Notes: generated by a model not told the origin, from the letters alone. A DNA stretch of 18,381 nt from a virus (IMGVR_UViG_2734482784_000001), one strand, 5' to 3'; positions 1-8,964 are shown, numbered from the stretch's first letter. Translations and numbers: made by a program.

Positions 1-198
1 AATATAGGGGCAAATCCAGTGATGACCGGAGTTAACACCATCATGCGTGAATATCCAAATGGCGAAACAACACACCTCACTGTAATGGCTGCAGGGTTTC
101 CATCTCTGACCGGAGATCATAAAGTCATTTATGTAGCAGCGGATCGGCATGTAACTTCAGAAGAAATTCTGGAAGCAGCAATGAGACTCTTGAATTGA
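1..198 (+). CDS. 3' end of an unidentified ORF; start lies upstream of the window
   Basis: Frame 1 is open from position 1 to TGA at 196-198 (…TIMREYPNGETTHLTVMAAGFPSLTGDHKVIYVAADRHVTSEEILEAAMRLLN*). I do not recognise a family. It sits in the moron block upstream of the terminase gene. Confidence 0.35.
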   Translation, partial: NIGANPVMTGVNTIMREYPNGETTHLTVMAAGFPSLTGDHKVIYVAADRHVTSEEILEAAMRLLN

Positions 199-370
199 TT
201 TGATTCTAATGCATTGATAATAAATGATAATCATCTTTATCTGTTTGTGTGAAATTTAGACCGTCGTATGTTGATTATTGCGATGTTTCATCTTATCTTT
301 TATACGCTTGCTCCATATAATTGACACTACTGTGTACCAGGAAAGTCATAACAGACTAAAAGAGGAAATG

Positions 371-544
371 ATGAACATTGAAGAGTTAAAAACAAAAACA
401 GAAGCAGATATTTCTGAATATATAACAAAAAAAATCATTGAGCTTAAGAAAAAGACCGGGAAAGAAGTTACCAGTATCCAGTTTACTGCACGGGAAAAAA
501 TGACTGGTCTTGAAAGCTATGATATCAAGATTGATTTAATCTAG
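371..544 (+). CDS. gnsB: GnsA/GnsB-family small protein (57 aa)
   Basis: Tandem ATG at 368/371 preceded by AAAGAGGAAA. The 57-aa product MNIEELKTKTEADISEYITKKIIELKKKTGKEVTSIQFTAREKMTGLESYDIKIDLI matches my recollection of the GnsA/GnsB family (…TGKEV…FTAREKMTGLESYD…), whose gnsB member lies in the Qin prophage of K-12. The ORF-track start at 278 is an upstream extension with no ribosome-binding site. Confidence 0.7.
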   Translation: MNIEELKTKTEADISEYITKKIIELKKKTGKEVTSIQFTAREKMTGLESYDIKIDLI

Positions 545-606
545 TCTGTTTATAGCATTAGCATCAATTTCTCATCAGATGCTATTCAACAATACAAATT
601 ACCCAT

Positions 607-638
607 AAACCTCGTTTTTACGGGGTTTTGTTATATTT
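607..638 (+). terminator. candidate rho-independent terminator downstream of gnsB
   Basis: Arm AAACCTCG (607-614) pairs with CGGGGTTT (621-628) with one G-U wobble, loop TTTTTA, followed by a T-rich tail (629-638). Confidence 0.45.
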
Positions 639-839
639 AAACATTACCGAATAGGTATAAATCTCGATTGTCGATGGTATTGGTTGTGTGACAATACCTA
701 GTCTTTTCGGTATGCCTGAAGAGAATACAAACGACAGATTATGTAAGGGAAACGCGCTGAATCTTTCACTCTTTCATGCTGAGTGATTTGACGTTATATT
801 TTTAGCCGTAAGTGAAGAGCAAACGCATGGAGCGACAAA

Positions 840-1046
840 ATGCATAAAGATCAATACACTGATGCCCCCTCCCAGGAGCAGGTTCGTGTAAAAACTATGC
901 TTAATAGCACCATTTCGATGGGTTACCCGGATGTTGTAATTGCATGTATAGAACATCAAGTGTCTCTGGAAGCATTCAGGGCAATTGAGGCCGCGTTAGT
1001 AAAGCACGATAAGAATACGAAGGATTATTCCCTGGTGGTTGACTGA
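840..1046 (+). CDS. hypothetical small protein (68 aa), phage moron
   Basis: ATG at 840 with GGAG 7 nt upstream, 68 codons to TGA. Lies between gnsB and the terminase-like ORF. No family recognised; it does not resemble a lambda Nu1-type small terminase. Confidence 0.4.
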   Translation: MHKDQYTDAPSQEQVRVKTMLNSTISMGYPDVVIACIEHQVSLEAFRAIEAALVKHDKNTKDYSLVVD

Positions 1047-1081
1047 TCACCATAACTGCTAACCATTCTGACCATTTCACA

Positions 1082-1152
1082 AGTGACAGAGTCAATATCG
1101 TATTCTGTCACTGTCAGGCTAATACAGCAATGCAATTCAACTACAGCAATGC
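1082..1152. repeat. cluster of short inverted and direct repeats immediately upstream of the terminase-like ORF
   Basis: Perfect 9-bp inverted repeat AGTGACAGA (1082-1090) / TCTGTCACT (1104-1112) with a 13-nt spacer; tandem CTGTCA CTGTCA (1105-1116); 11-bp direct repeat TACAGCAATGC at 1123-1133 and 1142-1152. Confidence 0.5.
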
Positions 1153-1163
1153 CTCGTATTTAG

Positions 1164-3278
1164 GTGAATTTACAATATCGTCCAGTTCGGATGCCGGCTG
1201 CATTTCTGAAGATAAGGCATTTCGGTTCTCGTATTTTCCCCCTCATGCTCGTCAGTCCTGCGCGTAGTAAGAGACAGGACACTCACACTAATTTGTGTGG
1301 GCATGCTGTGCCTATGGGGGCAGGGAACTCAGTCCCGTGGGATCCGCTGGTGGCACCGTATGTTATTGAGCCTATGAACTGCCTGGCCTCGCGTGAATAC
1401 GACGCAGTGATATTTGTTGGCCCGGCACGAACCGGCAAGACTATCGGCCTGATTGACGGCTGGGTGATTTACAACGTGATTTGCGATCCTGCTGATATGC
1501 TGATCATTCAGATGACGGAGGAAAAAGCCCGCGAACACTCCAAAAAACGACTCGCCAGAACGTTTCGCGTCAGCCCGGAAGTGGTCAGTCGCCTGAGTCC
1601 GAACAAAAATGACAACAACGTTTATGACAGAACATTCCTTGCTGGCAACTACCTGAAAATCGGCTGGCCGTCAGTCAATATCATGTCTTCATCAGATTAT
1701 AAATGCGTGGCGCTGACGGATTATGACCGTTTTCCGGAAGATATTGATGGTGAGGGGGATGCCTTCTCTCTTGCCTCAAAACGTACCACCACATTTATGT
1801 CCAGTGGTATGACGCTGGTGGAGAGTTCCCCCGGCAGGGATGTGAAGGATGTGAAATGGCGACGGACTTCACCGCATGAGGCTCCACCAACCACGGGGAT
1901 CCTGTCGCTCTATAACCGTGGCGATCGCCGTCGCTGGTACTGGCCCTGTCCACACTGTGGTGAGTATTTTCAGCCCTGCGGCGATGTGGTTGCTGGTTTC
2001 CGTGATATTGCCGATCCTGTGCTGGCAAGTGAGGCGGCTTATATTCAGTGTCCTTCCTGTTCAGGACGGATTTTGCCTGAACAAAAACGCGAGCTGAACG
2101 GACGTGGGGTCTGGTTAGCCGCCAGTATCAATATCAAACCGGGCCATGATTATTACTTTTATATCCGCAGTGTGAACACCGTTGGCAAATCGGCATTCGT
2201 GGAGGCTGTTGGTCAGCCGAGTGATGACGCATCCGGCTATCTGGATTTTTTCAAAGGCGAGATAGGGAAAACCCATCTGGCTCAGGAGCTGTGGACGCAG
2301 ATTGATAACGGTCAGCTTGCGCCTGACCTGGCTGAAATCAGGACATCCATTACGGATGTCAGCAATGAAATCACACAGACCGTCAATAAGAAACTGGAAG
2401 ACCAGAGTGCAGCGATCCAGCAGATACAGAAGGTTCAGGTTGATACAAATAATAACCTGAACAGCATGTGGGCCGTGAAACTGCAGCAGATGCAGGACGG
2501 ACGCCTTTATATTGCGGGTATCGGTGCCGGTATTGAGAATACGCCAGCAGGAATGCAGAGTCAGGTGCTGCTGGCGGCAGACAGGATTGCGATGATTAAT
2601 CCTGCGAATGGCAACACAAAGCCGATGTTTGTTGGTCAGGGTGATCAGATATTCATGAACGACGTGTTCCTGAAACGCCTGACGGCTCCCACCATTACCA
2701 GCGGCGGTAATCCTCCTGCATTTTCCCTTACACCGGACGGGCGACTGACGGCGAAAAATGCGGATATCAGTGGCAGTGTGAATGCGAACGCCGGGACGCT
2801 CAACAATGTCACGATAAATGAAAACTGTCGGGTTCTGGGAAAACTGTCTGCGAACCAGATTGAAGGCGATCTCGTTAAAACAGTGGGCAAAGCTTTCCCC
2901 CGGGACTCCCGTGCACCGGAGCGGTGGCCATCAGGGACCATTACCGTCAGGGTTTATGACGATCAGCCGTTTGACCGGCAGATTGTTATTCCCACGGTGG
3001 CGTTTCGTGGCGCTAAACATGAGCGGGAGAATAACGATATTTATTCGTCATGCCGCCTGATAGTGAAGAAAAACGGTGCTGAAATTTATAACCGTACCGC
3101 GCTGGATAATACGCTGGTTTATACAGGTGTTATTGATATGCCTGCTGGTCGCGGTCACATGACGCTGGAGTTTTCGGTATCAGCGTGGCTGGTAAATGAC
3201 TGGTATCCCACAGCCAGTATCAGTGATTTGCTGGTTGTGGTGATGAAGAAATCCACAGCAGGTATCAGTATCAGCTGA
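1164..3278 (+). CDS. chimeric ORF: terminase large subunit (lambda gpA family) N-terminal region fused in frame to a lambda J-like host-specificity protein C-terminal region; deletion derivative
   Basis: Continuous 704-codon frame. Residues about 1-321 carry a Walker A box ([12 protein letters not shown]) and a CPHCG…CPSC zinc-ribbon-like motif as in lambda gpA. Residues from about 322 (nt about 2127) onward, starting near …[28 protein letters not shown] and including …[30 protein letters not shown]…, match the C-terminal third of lambda J as I recall it. The start is uncertain: GTG at 1164 (longest frame) or ATG at 1191, neither with a good ribosome-binding site. Stop TGA at 3276-3278. Confidence 0.7.
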   Translation: MNLQYRPVRMPAAFLKIRHFGSRIFPLMLVSPARSKRQDTHTNLCGHAVPMGAGNSVPWDPLVAPYVIEPMNCLASREYDAVIFVGPARTGKTIGLIDGWVIYNVICDPADMLIIQMTEEKAREHSKKRLARTFRVSPEVVSRLSPNKNDNNVYDRTFLAGNYLKIGWPSVNIMSSSDYKCVALTDYDRFPEDIDGEGDAFSLASKRTTTFMSSGMTLVESSPGRDVKDVKWRRTSPHEAPPTTGILSLYNRGDRRRWYWPCPHCGEYFQPCGDVVAGFRDIADPVLASEAAYIQCPSCSGRILPEQKRELNGRGVWLAASINIKPGHDYYFYIRSVNTVGKSAFVEAVGQPSDDASGYLDFFKGEIGKTHLAQELWTQIDNGQLAPDLAEIRTSITDVSNEITQTVNKKLEDQSAAIQQIQKVQVDTNNNLNSMWAVKLQQMQDGRLYIAGIGAGIENTPAGMQSQVLLAADRIAMINPANGNTKPMFVGQGDQIFMNDVFLKRLTAPTITSGGNPPAFSLTPDGRLTAKNADISGSVNANAGTLNNVTINENCRVLGKLSANQIEGDLVKTVGKAFPRDSRAPERWPSGTITVRVYDDQPFDRQIVIPTVAFRGAKHERENNDIYSSCRLIVKKNGAEIYNRTALDNTLVYTGVIDMPAGRGHMTLEFSVSAWLVNDWYPTASISDLLVVVMKKSTAGISIS

Positions 3279-3295
3279 ATTTTATAACCCATATG

Positions 3296-3322
3296 CGGGC
3301 GCCATTTCTGGCGCCTTTTTTA
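3296..3322 (+). terminator. rho-independent terminator after the chimeric ORF
   Basis: GGCGCC (3298-3303), loop ATTTCT, GGCGCC (3310-3315), then TTTTTT (3316-3321). Confidence 0.6.
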
Positions 3323-3345
3323 TTGCAGAAAAGCGAGAGGTAATT

Positions 3346-3945
3346 ATGCGTAAAGTTTGTGCAGCCATTTTGTCCGCAGCCATCTGTCTGGCCGTATCCG
3401 GTGCGCCTGCATGGGCGTCTGAGCAGCAGGCCACACTGAGCGCAGGGTATCTTCATGCCTCGACGAACGTTCCCGGTAGTGATGATCTGAACGGGATTAA
3501 CGTGAAATACCGTTATGAGTTTACGGACACGCTGGGGCTGATTACGTCATTCAGTTATGCCAACGCTGAAGATGAGCAAAAAACGCATTACAGCGATACC
3601 CGCTGGCATGAGGATTCCGTGCGTAACCGCTGGTTCAGCGTGATGGCGGGGCCGTCTGTGCGCGTGAATGAATGGTTCAGCGCGTATGCGATGGCGGGTG
3701 TGGCTTACAGCCGTGTGTCGACTTTCTCCGGGGATTATCTCCGCGTAACTGACAACAAGGGGAAAACGCACGATGTGCTGACCGGAAGTGATGACGGTCG
3801 CCACAGCAACACGTCTCTGGCGTGGGGGGCTGGCGTGCAGTTTAACCCGACCGAATCCGTGGCCATTGATATTGCTTATGAAGGTTCCGGCAGTGGTGAC
3901 TGGCGCACTGACGGTTTCATCGTGGGTGTCGGTTATAAATTCTGA
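3346..3945 (+). CDS. lom: Lom/Ail/PagC/OmpX-family outer-membrane beta-barrel protein
   Basis: ATG at 3346 with GAGAGG upstream. Signal peptide MRKVCAAILSAAICLAVSGAPAWA. The C-terminus …DIAYEGSGSGDWRTDGFIVGVGYKF matches lambda Lom as recalled, and it holds the lambda-like position between J and stf. Confidence 0.85.
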   Translation: MRKVCAAILSAAICLAVSGAPAWASEQQATLSAGYLHASTNVPGSDDLNGINVKYRYEFTDTLGLITSFSYANAEDEQKTHYSDTRWHEDSVRNRWFSVMAGPSVRVNEWFSAYAMAGVAYSRVSTFSGDYLRVTDNKGKTHDVLTGSDDGRHSNTSLAWGAGVQFNPTESVAIDIAYEGSGSGDWRTDGFIVGVGYKF

Positions 3946-3971
3946 TTAGCCAGGTAACACAGTGTTATGAC

Positions 3972-3999
3972 AGCCCGCCGGTTCAGGCGGGTTTTTTTG
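3972..3999 (+). terminator. rho-independent terminator after lom
   Basis: CCCGCC (3974-3979), loop GGTTCA, GGCGGG (3986-3991), then TTTTTTT (3992-3998). Confidence 0.7.
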
Positions 4000-4009
4000 T
4001 GGGGGGAAT

Positions 4010-7000
4010 ATGGCAGTACGGATTTCAGGTGTACTGAAAGATGGCGCAGGTAAGCCGATACAAAACTGCACCATTCAGCTAAAGGCCAGGCGCAACAGCA
4101 CCACGGTGGTGGTGAACACAGTGGCCTCAGAAAACCCGGATGAAGCCGGGCGTTACAGCATGGACGTTGAGTACGGTCAGTACAGCGTTATTCTGTTGGT
4201 GGAAGGCTTCCCGCCATCGCATGCCGGGACCATCACCGTGTATGAAGACTCACAACCGGGTACGCTGAATGATTTTCTCGGTGCCATGACGGAGGATGAT
4301 GTCCGTCCGGAGGCACTGCGCCGCTTTGAACTGATGGTGGAAGAGGTGGCGCGTAACGCGTCCGCAGTGGCACAGAACACGGCAGCCGCGAAGAAGTCAG
4401 CCAGTGATGCCCGCACATCAGCCCGTGAGGCGGCAACCCATGCGACTGATGCTGCGGACTCCGCACGCGCAGCCAGCACGTCAGCCGGACAGGCCGCGTC
4501 GTCGGCTCAGTCAGCGTCTTCCAGCGCAGGAACGGCATCAACAAAGGCTACTGAAGCATCAAAAAGTGCTGCCGCTGCAGAGTCTTCAAAAAGCGCGGCA
4601 GCCACCAGTGCCGGTGCAGCGAAAACGTCAGAAACGAATGCCGCAGCATCACAAAAATCTGCGGCCACTTCTGCATCCACCGCGACCACGAAAGCGTCAG
4701 AAGCTGCCACCTCAGCCCGGGATGCGTCGGCTTCAAAAGTGGCGGCAAAATCATCAGAAACGAGCGCAGCCTCGAGCGCCGGCAGTGCAGCTTCCTCGGC
4801 AACGGCGGCAGGAAATTCCGCGAAGGCCGCAAAAACGTCTGAGATGAATGCGGATAACAGCGCACAGGCGGCAGCAGACTCACAAACTGCATCGGCAAAT
4901 TCCGCGACAGCAGCCAAAAAATCAGAAACCAACGCGAAAAATAGTGAGTCAGCAGCAAAGGTCAGCGAAACCAACGCTAAAGCGTCAGAGAACAAGGCGA
5001 AAGAATATCTCGACAAGGTCGGGGGACTCGTCAGCCCGATGACGCAATACGATTGGCCCGTTGTTACTGGTAATGAGTCTTTTTACATAAAGATCGCGAA
5101 ACTTTCCGATCCCGGAAGCAACAATTGCCATGTAACGCTAATGGTTACTAACGGCGGTGACTACGGCTCCCCTTACGGAAACATTGACTTTATCGAGATC
5201 TCGGCGCGCGGTCTGCCTTCTTCGCTTACTGCTGATAATGTATCTCGTTACCTGAGTATACGCCGTTTAGGGCCAACCGGGCTAATCAATAGCATGCAAA
5301 TGCGTTACGGCCTGGTTAAAGATGATGGCTTTATTGAGGTTTGGGCCTTCCAGCGTGCATTTATCAACGGCGCAAAGGTTGCGGTACTGGCGCAGACGGC
5401 ACGCACGGAATTATACATTCCAGACGGATTTGTTAAGCAAACCGCCGCGCCTTCTGGATATGTTGAAAGCCCCGTTGTAAGGATTTACGACCAGTTAAAC
5501 AAGCCGACTAAAGCAGATTTGGGTCTTTCTAATGCTATGCTTACAGGCGCTTTCGGTCTTGGCGGTAGCGGGATATCAACAAACGGCAAGATGAGCGATG
5601 TAGAGATCTTAAAAGCTCTGCGTGACAAAGGTGGTCATTTCTGGCGCGGTGATAAGCCGACCGGAAGCACGGCGACCATTTATAGCCACGGTTCTGGTAT
5701 ATTCTCGCGGTGCGGCGATACGTGGTCAGCGATCAATATCGACTACTCAACCGCGAAGATTAAGATCTATGCCGGCAACGATGCCCGGCTTAACAACGGG
5801 ACTTTTAGCATCAATGAGCTATACGGCTCGGCAAACAAGCCGTCGAAATCGGATGTTGGACTTGGCAACGTAACGAACGATGCGCAGGTAAAAAAAACCG
5901 GCGATACAATGACCGGTGACTTGACAATCAAAAAAGGTACACCGTCAGTCTTCCTGCGGGCAGACAGTGGAGTCACCGCTTTGCGGTTTTATACTGGCGA
6001 TAACACAGAGCGCGGCATAATCTATGCTGGTCCTAACACTGATTCGCTTGGCGAAGTTCGCATCAGGGCAAAGACAGCAGGGGGGACATCAGGAGGGGAT
6101 CTTGTTGTTCGTCACGACGGGAGGGTTGAAGTCCGTGATCTCACAGTAGCGTATAAAATTAAAAGCAGAACGATTGAGATTGCAAATACCGACACTGACT
6201 CATCGGCAACTACGCTCAGCATCTATGGAGTACAGCACACGCCGTTGGTTTTAACGCGTTCTGGTTCTTCTGAAAATGTGTCCATTGGGTTTAAGTTAGA
6301 CAACATGAACCCAAAGTATCTTGGAATTGATACTAATGGGGATCTGGCTTTTGGTGAGAGTCCTGATCAGAAACAAAACAGCAAATTGATCACGCAAGCG
6401 AAACTCGACAAGGGATTAACGATTGGTGGTCAACTGGCTTTCAAAGGTACGACAGCGTTTTCAGCCGTTGCTACGTTCAGTGCCGGGATAGCAGGAGCCA
6501 TCGAGCCGGAAAACATTGACGGCCAGACGGTTAATCTTAACAACCTGACCATCATCAAGTCAGATGCCGGGGCAGTTAAATACTATATTTGTCCATCCTC
6601 TGCAGGTGGTGCAAATATTACCAATAAGCCTGACGGCATAGCCGGTAACTTTTTGCTCCGTGTAGAGTCGACTCGTAAGGTTAGGGATTCAGATTATGCG
6701 AACATGCAAACGCTGATTAACAGCGACACAAAACGTATATACGTTCGCTTTGTTGTTAATGGAAACTGGACAGCGTGGAGTCAGGTTGTTGTTTCCGGAT
6801 GGAATCAGGATATAACTGTCAGGTCGTTAACCACATCTAGTCCGGTAAAATCTGGCGGAGGGCGAATTGATGTCCTTGGAAGCACGTCAGACTATAGCAA
6901 AATGGATTGCTTTGTACGTGGGTTTGATAGCACCGGTAATTCTCTCGCGTGGGCGTTGGGTTCATCAGCCGGCGTAAGTAAGATGCTGTCGCTAAAAAAT

Positions 7001-7786
7001 TTCTTTAGCGGAGCTGAGATACTGTTAAATGGTAATGACGGCACGGTTCAACTCAAAACAGGTGCTGTTAACGGGGCTACAGCGCAGGCGCTCACTATCA
7101 ACAGGAATGAGGTTAACTCAACTGTTGATTTAACCCTTACAAAACAATCAGGGACTGGCAATCGTTTTGTTTTACAGAACTCAGGTAATGCAGAACTACC
7201 GTTTTCTGTCAGGGTGTGGGGTTCCAGTACTCGACAAAACGTTTTTGAGGTTGGCACGTCTGCTGCGTATCTGTTTTATGCGCAAAAAACGTCAGCAGGC
7301 CAGTTGTTTGATGTAAATGGCGCTATTAATTGCACAACGCTGAATCAGTCATCAGACCGCGACCTTAAAGACGATATTCTCGTTATCAGCGACGCGACGA
7401 AAGCAATCCGTAAAATGAACGGATACACCTACACGCTCAGGGAAAACGGGATGCCTTATGCTGGCGTTATTGCACAGGAAGTAATGGAGGCGATACCAGA
7501 AGCTGTGGGATCGTTTACTCATTATGGTGAAGAGTTGCAAGGTCCGACCGTTGACGGCAACGAGCTACGCGAAGAAACGCGCTATCTTAATGTTGACTAC
7601 GCCGCCGTGACGGGCTTACTTGTTCAGTTCGCCCGTGAAACAGATGATCGCGTTACCGCGCTGGAAGAGGAAAACACAACGCTACGTCAAAATCTGGCAA
7701 CAGCAGACACCCGGATCAGCACTCTGGAAAATCAGGTAAGCGAACTGGTTGCACTTGTCCGGCAGTTAACAGGAAGCGAACATTGA
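4010..7786 (+). CDS. stf: mosaic side tail fibre: lambda Stf-like N-terminal region with Ala/Ser-rich repeats, divergent distal region, C-terminal intramolecular-chaperone (peptidase S74-like) domain
   Basis: GGGGGAA then ATG at 4010. N-terminus MAVRISGVLKDGAGKPIQNCTIQLKARRNSTTVVVNTV… matches lambda Stf as recalled. Central region carries fibre-type motifs (…KKTGDTMTGDLTIKKG…). The C-terminus (…SDRDLKDDILVISDATKAIRKMNGYTYT…RYLNVDYAAVTGLLVQF…ALEEENTTLRQNL…) resembles the self-cleaving chaperone domain of endosialidase or T5-type fibres. Stop TGA at 7784-7786. Confidence 0.85.
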   Translation: MAVRISGVLKDGAGKPIQNCTIQLKARRNSTTVVVNTVASENPDEAGRYSMDVEYGQYSVILLVEGFPPSHAGTITVYEDSQPGTLNDFLGAMTEDDVRPEALRRFELMVEEVARNASAVAQNTAAAKKSASDARTSAREAATHATDAADSARAASTSAGQAASSAQSASSSAGTASTKATEASKSAAAAESSKSAAATSAGAAKTSETNAAASQKSAATSASTATTKASEAATSARDASASKVAAKSSETSAASSAGSAASSATAAGNSAKAAKTSEMNADNSAQAAADSQTASANSATAAKKSETNAKNSESAAKVSETNAKASENKAKEYLDKVGGLVSPMTQYDWPVVTGNESFYIKIAKLSDPGSNNCHVTLMVTNGGDYGSPYGNIDFIEISARGLPSSLTADNVSRYLSIRRLGPTGLINSMQMRYGLVKDDGFIEVWAFQRAFINGAKVAVLAQTARTELYIPDGFVKQTAAPSGYVESPVVRIYDQLNKPTKADLGLSNAMLTGAFGLGGSGISTNGKMSDVEILKALRDKGGHFWRGDKPTGSTATIYSHGSGIFSRCGDTWSAINIDYSTAKIKIYAGNDARLNNGTFSINELYGSANKPSKSDVGLGNVTNDAQVKKTGDTMTGDLTIKKGTPSVFLRADSGVTALRFYTGDNTERGIIYAGPNTDSLGEVRIRAKTAGGTSGGDLVVRHDGRVEVRDLTVAYKIKSRTIEIANTDTDSSATTLSIYGVQHTPLVLTRSGSSENVSIGFKLDNMNPKYLGIDTNGDLAFGESPDQKQNSKLITQAKLDKGLTIGGQLAFKGTTAFSAVATFSAGIAGAIEPENIDGQTVNLNNLTIIKSDAGAVKYYICPSSAGGANITNKPDGIAGNFLLRVESTRKVRDSDYANMQTLINSDTKRIYVRFVVNGNWTAWSQVVVSGWNQDITVRSLTTSSPVKSGGGRIDVLGSTSDYSKMDCFVRGFDSTGNSLAWALGSSAGVSKMLSLKNFFSGAEILLNGNDGTVQLKTGAVNGATAQALTINRNEVNSTVDLTLTKQSGTGNRFVLQNSGNAELPFSVRVWGSSTRQNVFEVGTSAAYLFYAQKTSAGQLFDVNGAINCTTLNQSSDRDLKDDILVISDATKAIRKMNGYTYTLRENGMPYAGVIAQEVMEAIPEAVGSFTHYGEELQGPTVDGNELREETRYLNVDYAAVTGLLVQFARETDDRVTALEEENTTLRQNLATADTRISTLENQVSELVALVRQLTGSEH
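4370..5010 (+). repeat. low-complexity Ala/Ser/Thr/Lys-rich imperfect tandem repeats inside stf
   Basis: Reiterated motifs such as AAKTSETNA, AAKKSETNAKNSESAAKVSETNAKASENKAKE and SASTATTKASEAATSA at the protein level, with correspondingly GC-rich repetitive DNA. This region generates several long spurious ORFs in other frames. Confidence 0.6.
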
Positions 7787-7960
7787 TATCCTTCAAGCTC
7801 TGAAGGAGGCTGTTCCCGGTACGTTCAGACTGTTGTTGAGCTGGAAATCGCAACGGAGGAAGAAACCTTGTTGCTGGAAGCCTGGAAAAAGTATCGGGTG
7901 TTGCTGAACCGTGTTGATACGTCAACTGCACAGGATATTGAATGGCCAGCACTGCCGTAG
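7787..7960 (+). pseudogene. tfa: orphan 3' remnant of a tail-fibre assembly (tfa) gene
   Basis: Directly after the stf stop and in the same frame: [57 protein letters not shown] then TAG at 7958-7960. The …[18 protein letters not shown]…DIEWP… block is the conserved C-terminus of E. coli Tfa proteins as I recall them. There is no start codon, ribosome-binding site or Tfa N-terminal part. Confidence 0.6.
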
Positions 7961-8057
7961 GGTAAAACATATAAATTCTATAATTAGATGTATCTTTCCA
8001 TTTACGGCAAGGAAGGGGGCTTGGAAGACGTAAAGCATCTCACACCGAGATTATTTT

Positions 8058-8648
8058 TTATATGTCAGGTGTCTGAAGTTTTGCTTTGGCTCTTAAAATG
8101 GTTTGCCGCGAGGTTTTGAATTCCCGGGCAATGGCACTTATACTTACACCTGACTTAATTCGTTCGAATACCACCTGTTTCTGTTCTTCATTTAACACAG
8201 GTGGTCGACCAAAACGTTTCCCTGCGCCGCGGGCTCTTACTATCCCGGAATGAGTGCGTTCAAGTAAAAGGTCTCGTTCAAATTCAGCGACTGCTGAAAT
8301 TACGTGCATCATCATTTTTCCTGTTGGACTGGTCAGGTCAATGCCCCCCAATGCTAAGCAATGCACTCTGATACCTGTTTCGGTCAGTTGTTCCACTGTT
8401 TTCCTGATATCCATTGCATTACAACCAAGGCGATCCAGTTTTGTCACAATCAATTGATCACCACATTTCAGGCGAGCAAGCAACCGGTTAAAACCAGGAC
8501 GCTCACTGGTTGCTGCTGAGCCGCTAATGTGTTCTTCGATTATTTGCTGAGGTTTGATTTTAAAACCTGCACTTTCGATTTCCCGGCGTTGATTTTCGGT
8601 GGTCTGATCCAGCGTTGATATCCGACAGTAAGCAAAAATTCGAGACAT
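8058..8648 (-). CDS. pinQ: serine recombinase of the DNA-invertase family (PinQ/PinR type), 196 aa
   Basis: ATG at 8648-8646 on the minus strand, TAA at 8060-8058. Product [31 protein letters not shown]…[45 protein letters not shown] has the resolvase/invertase N-terminal catalytic domain and a C-terminal helix-turn-helix. It converges on the stf and tfa remnant, as pinQ does relative to tfaQ in K-12. Confidence 0.9.
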   Translation of the reverse strand: MSRIFAYCRISTLDQTTENQRREIESAGFKIKPQQIIEEHISGSAATSERPGFNRLLARLKCGDQLIVTKLDRLGCNAMDIRKTVEQLTETGIRVHCLALGGIDLTSPTGKMMMHVISAVAEFERDLLLERTHSGIVRARGAGKRFGRPPVLNEEQKQVVFERIKSGVSISAIAREFKTSRQTILRAKAKLQTPDI

Positions 8649-8964
8649 AGTGAGACTCTATACGAAATTGGTGTTCATATCATAATGCATCTCAGAAAAT
8701 AATTTTGATTATTTTTGTGCATATTTGTATGTACACGTTCGAAAATAAACGAATGCGTATGCAACCCCGTAACTTTGGTGAGACCCAAAATCGATTTTGT
8801 GAAAAATGGCTTTAACTCGGTTTGTTTTTCGAGTTCCGGGCGGACTCAAGGAAGAAGAATAGTGTTGCGTGTTATTTTAACCAGATTTCAAGTTGTTTGG
8901 TCGTGGAAAAGTGGAGCAAAATGTTGTTAAAGTGGAAAAATGATAAAAAAGTAAGTTTATTATA

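Noticed and set aside
1047-1163. Lambda-type cos site (GGGCGGCGACCT) or a small-terminase gene upstream of the terminase
   Set aside because: Neither the cosN sequence nor a Nu1-like ORF is present; only short repeats were found (reported separately).
4177-5042. Several long ORFs on both strands (4177-4479, 4233-4544, 4404-4847, 4507-5016, 4548-4958, 4848-5042)
   Set aside because: They all overlap the GC-rich Ala/Ser-repeat region of stf and have low-complexity, Arg/Pro/Ala-rich translations with no ribosome-binding sites. They are frame artefacts of repetitive DNA.
8254-8457. 67-codon ORF on the plus strand inside pin
   Set aside because: Antisense to a well-supported invertase gene; no ribosome-binding site and an implausible composition.
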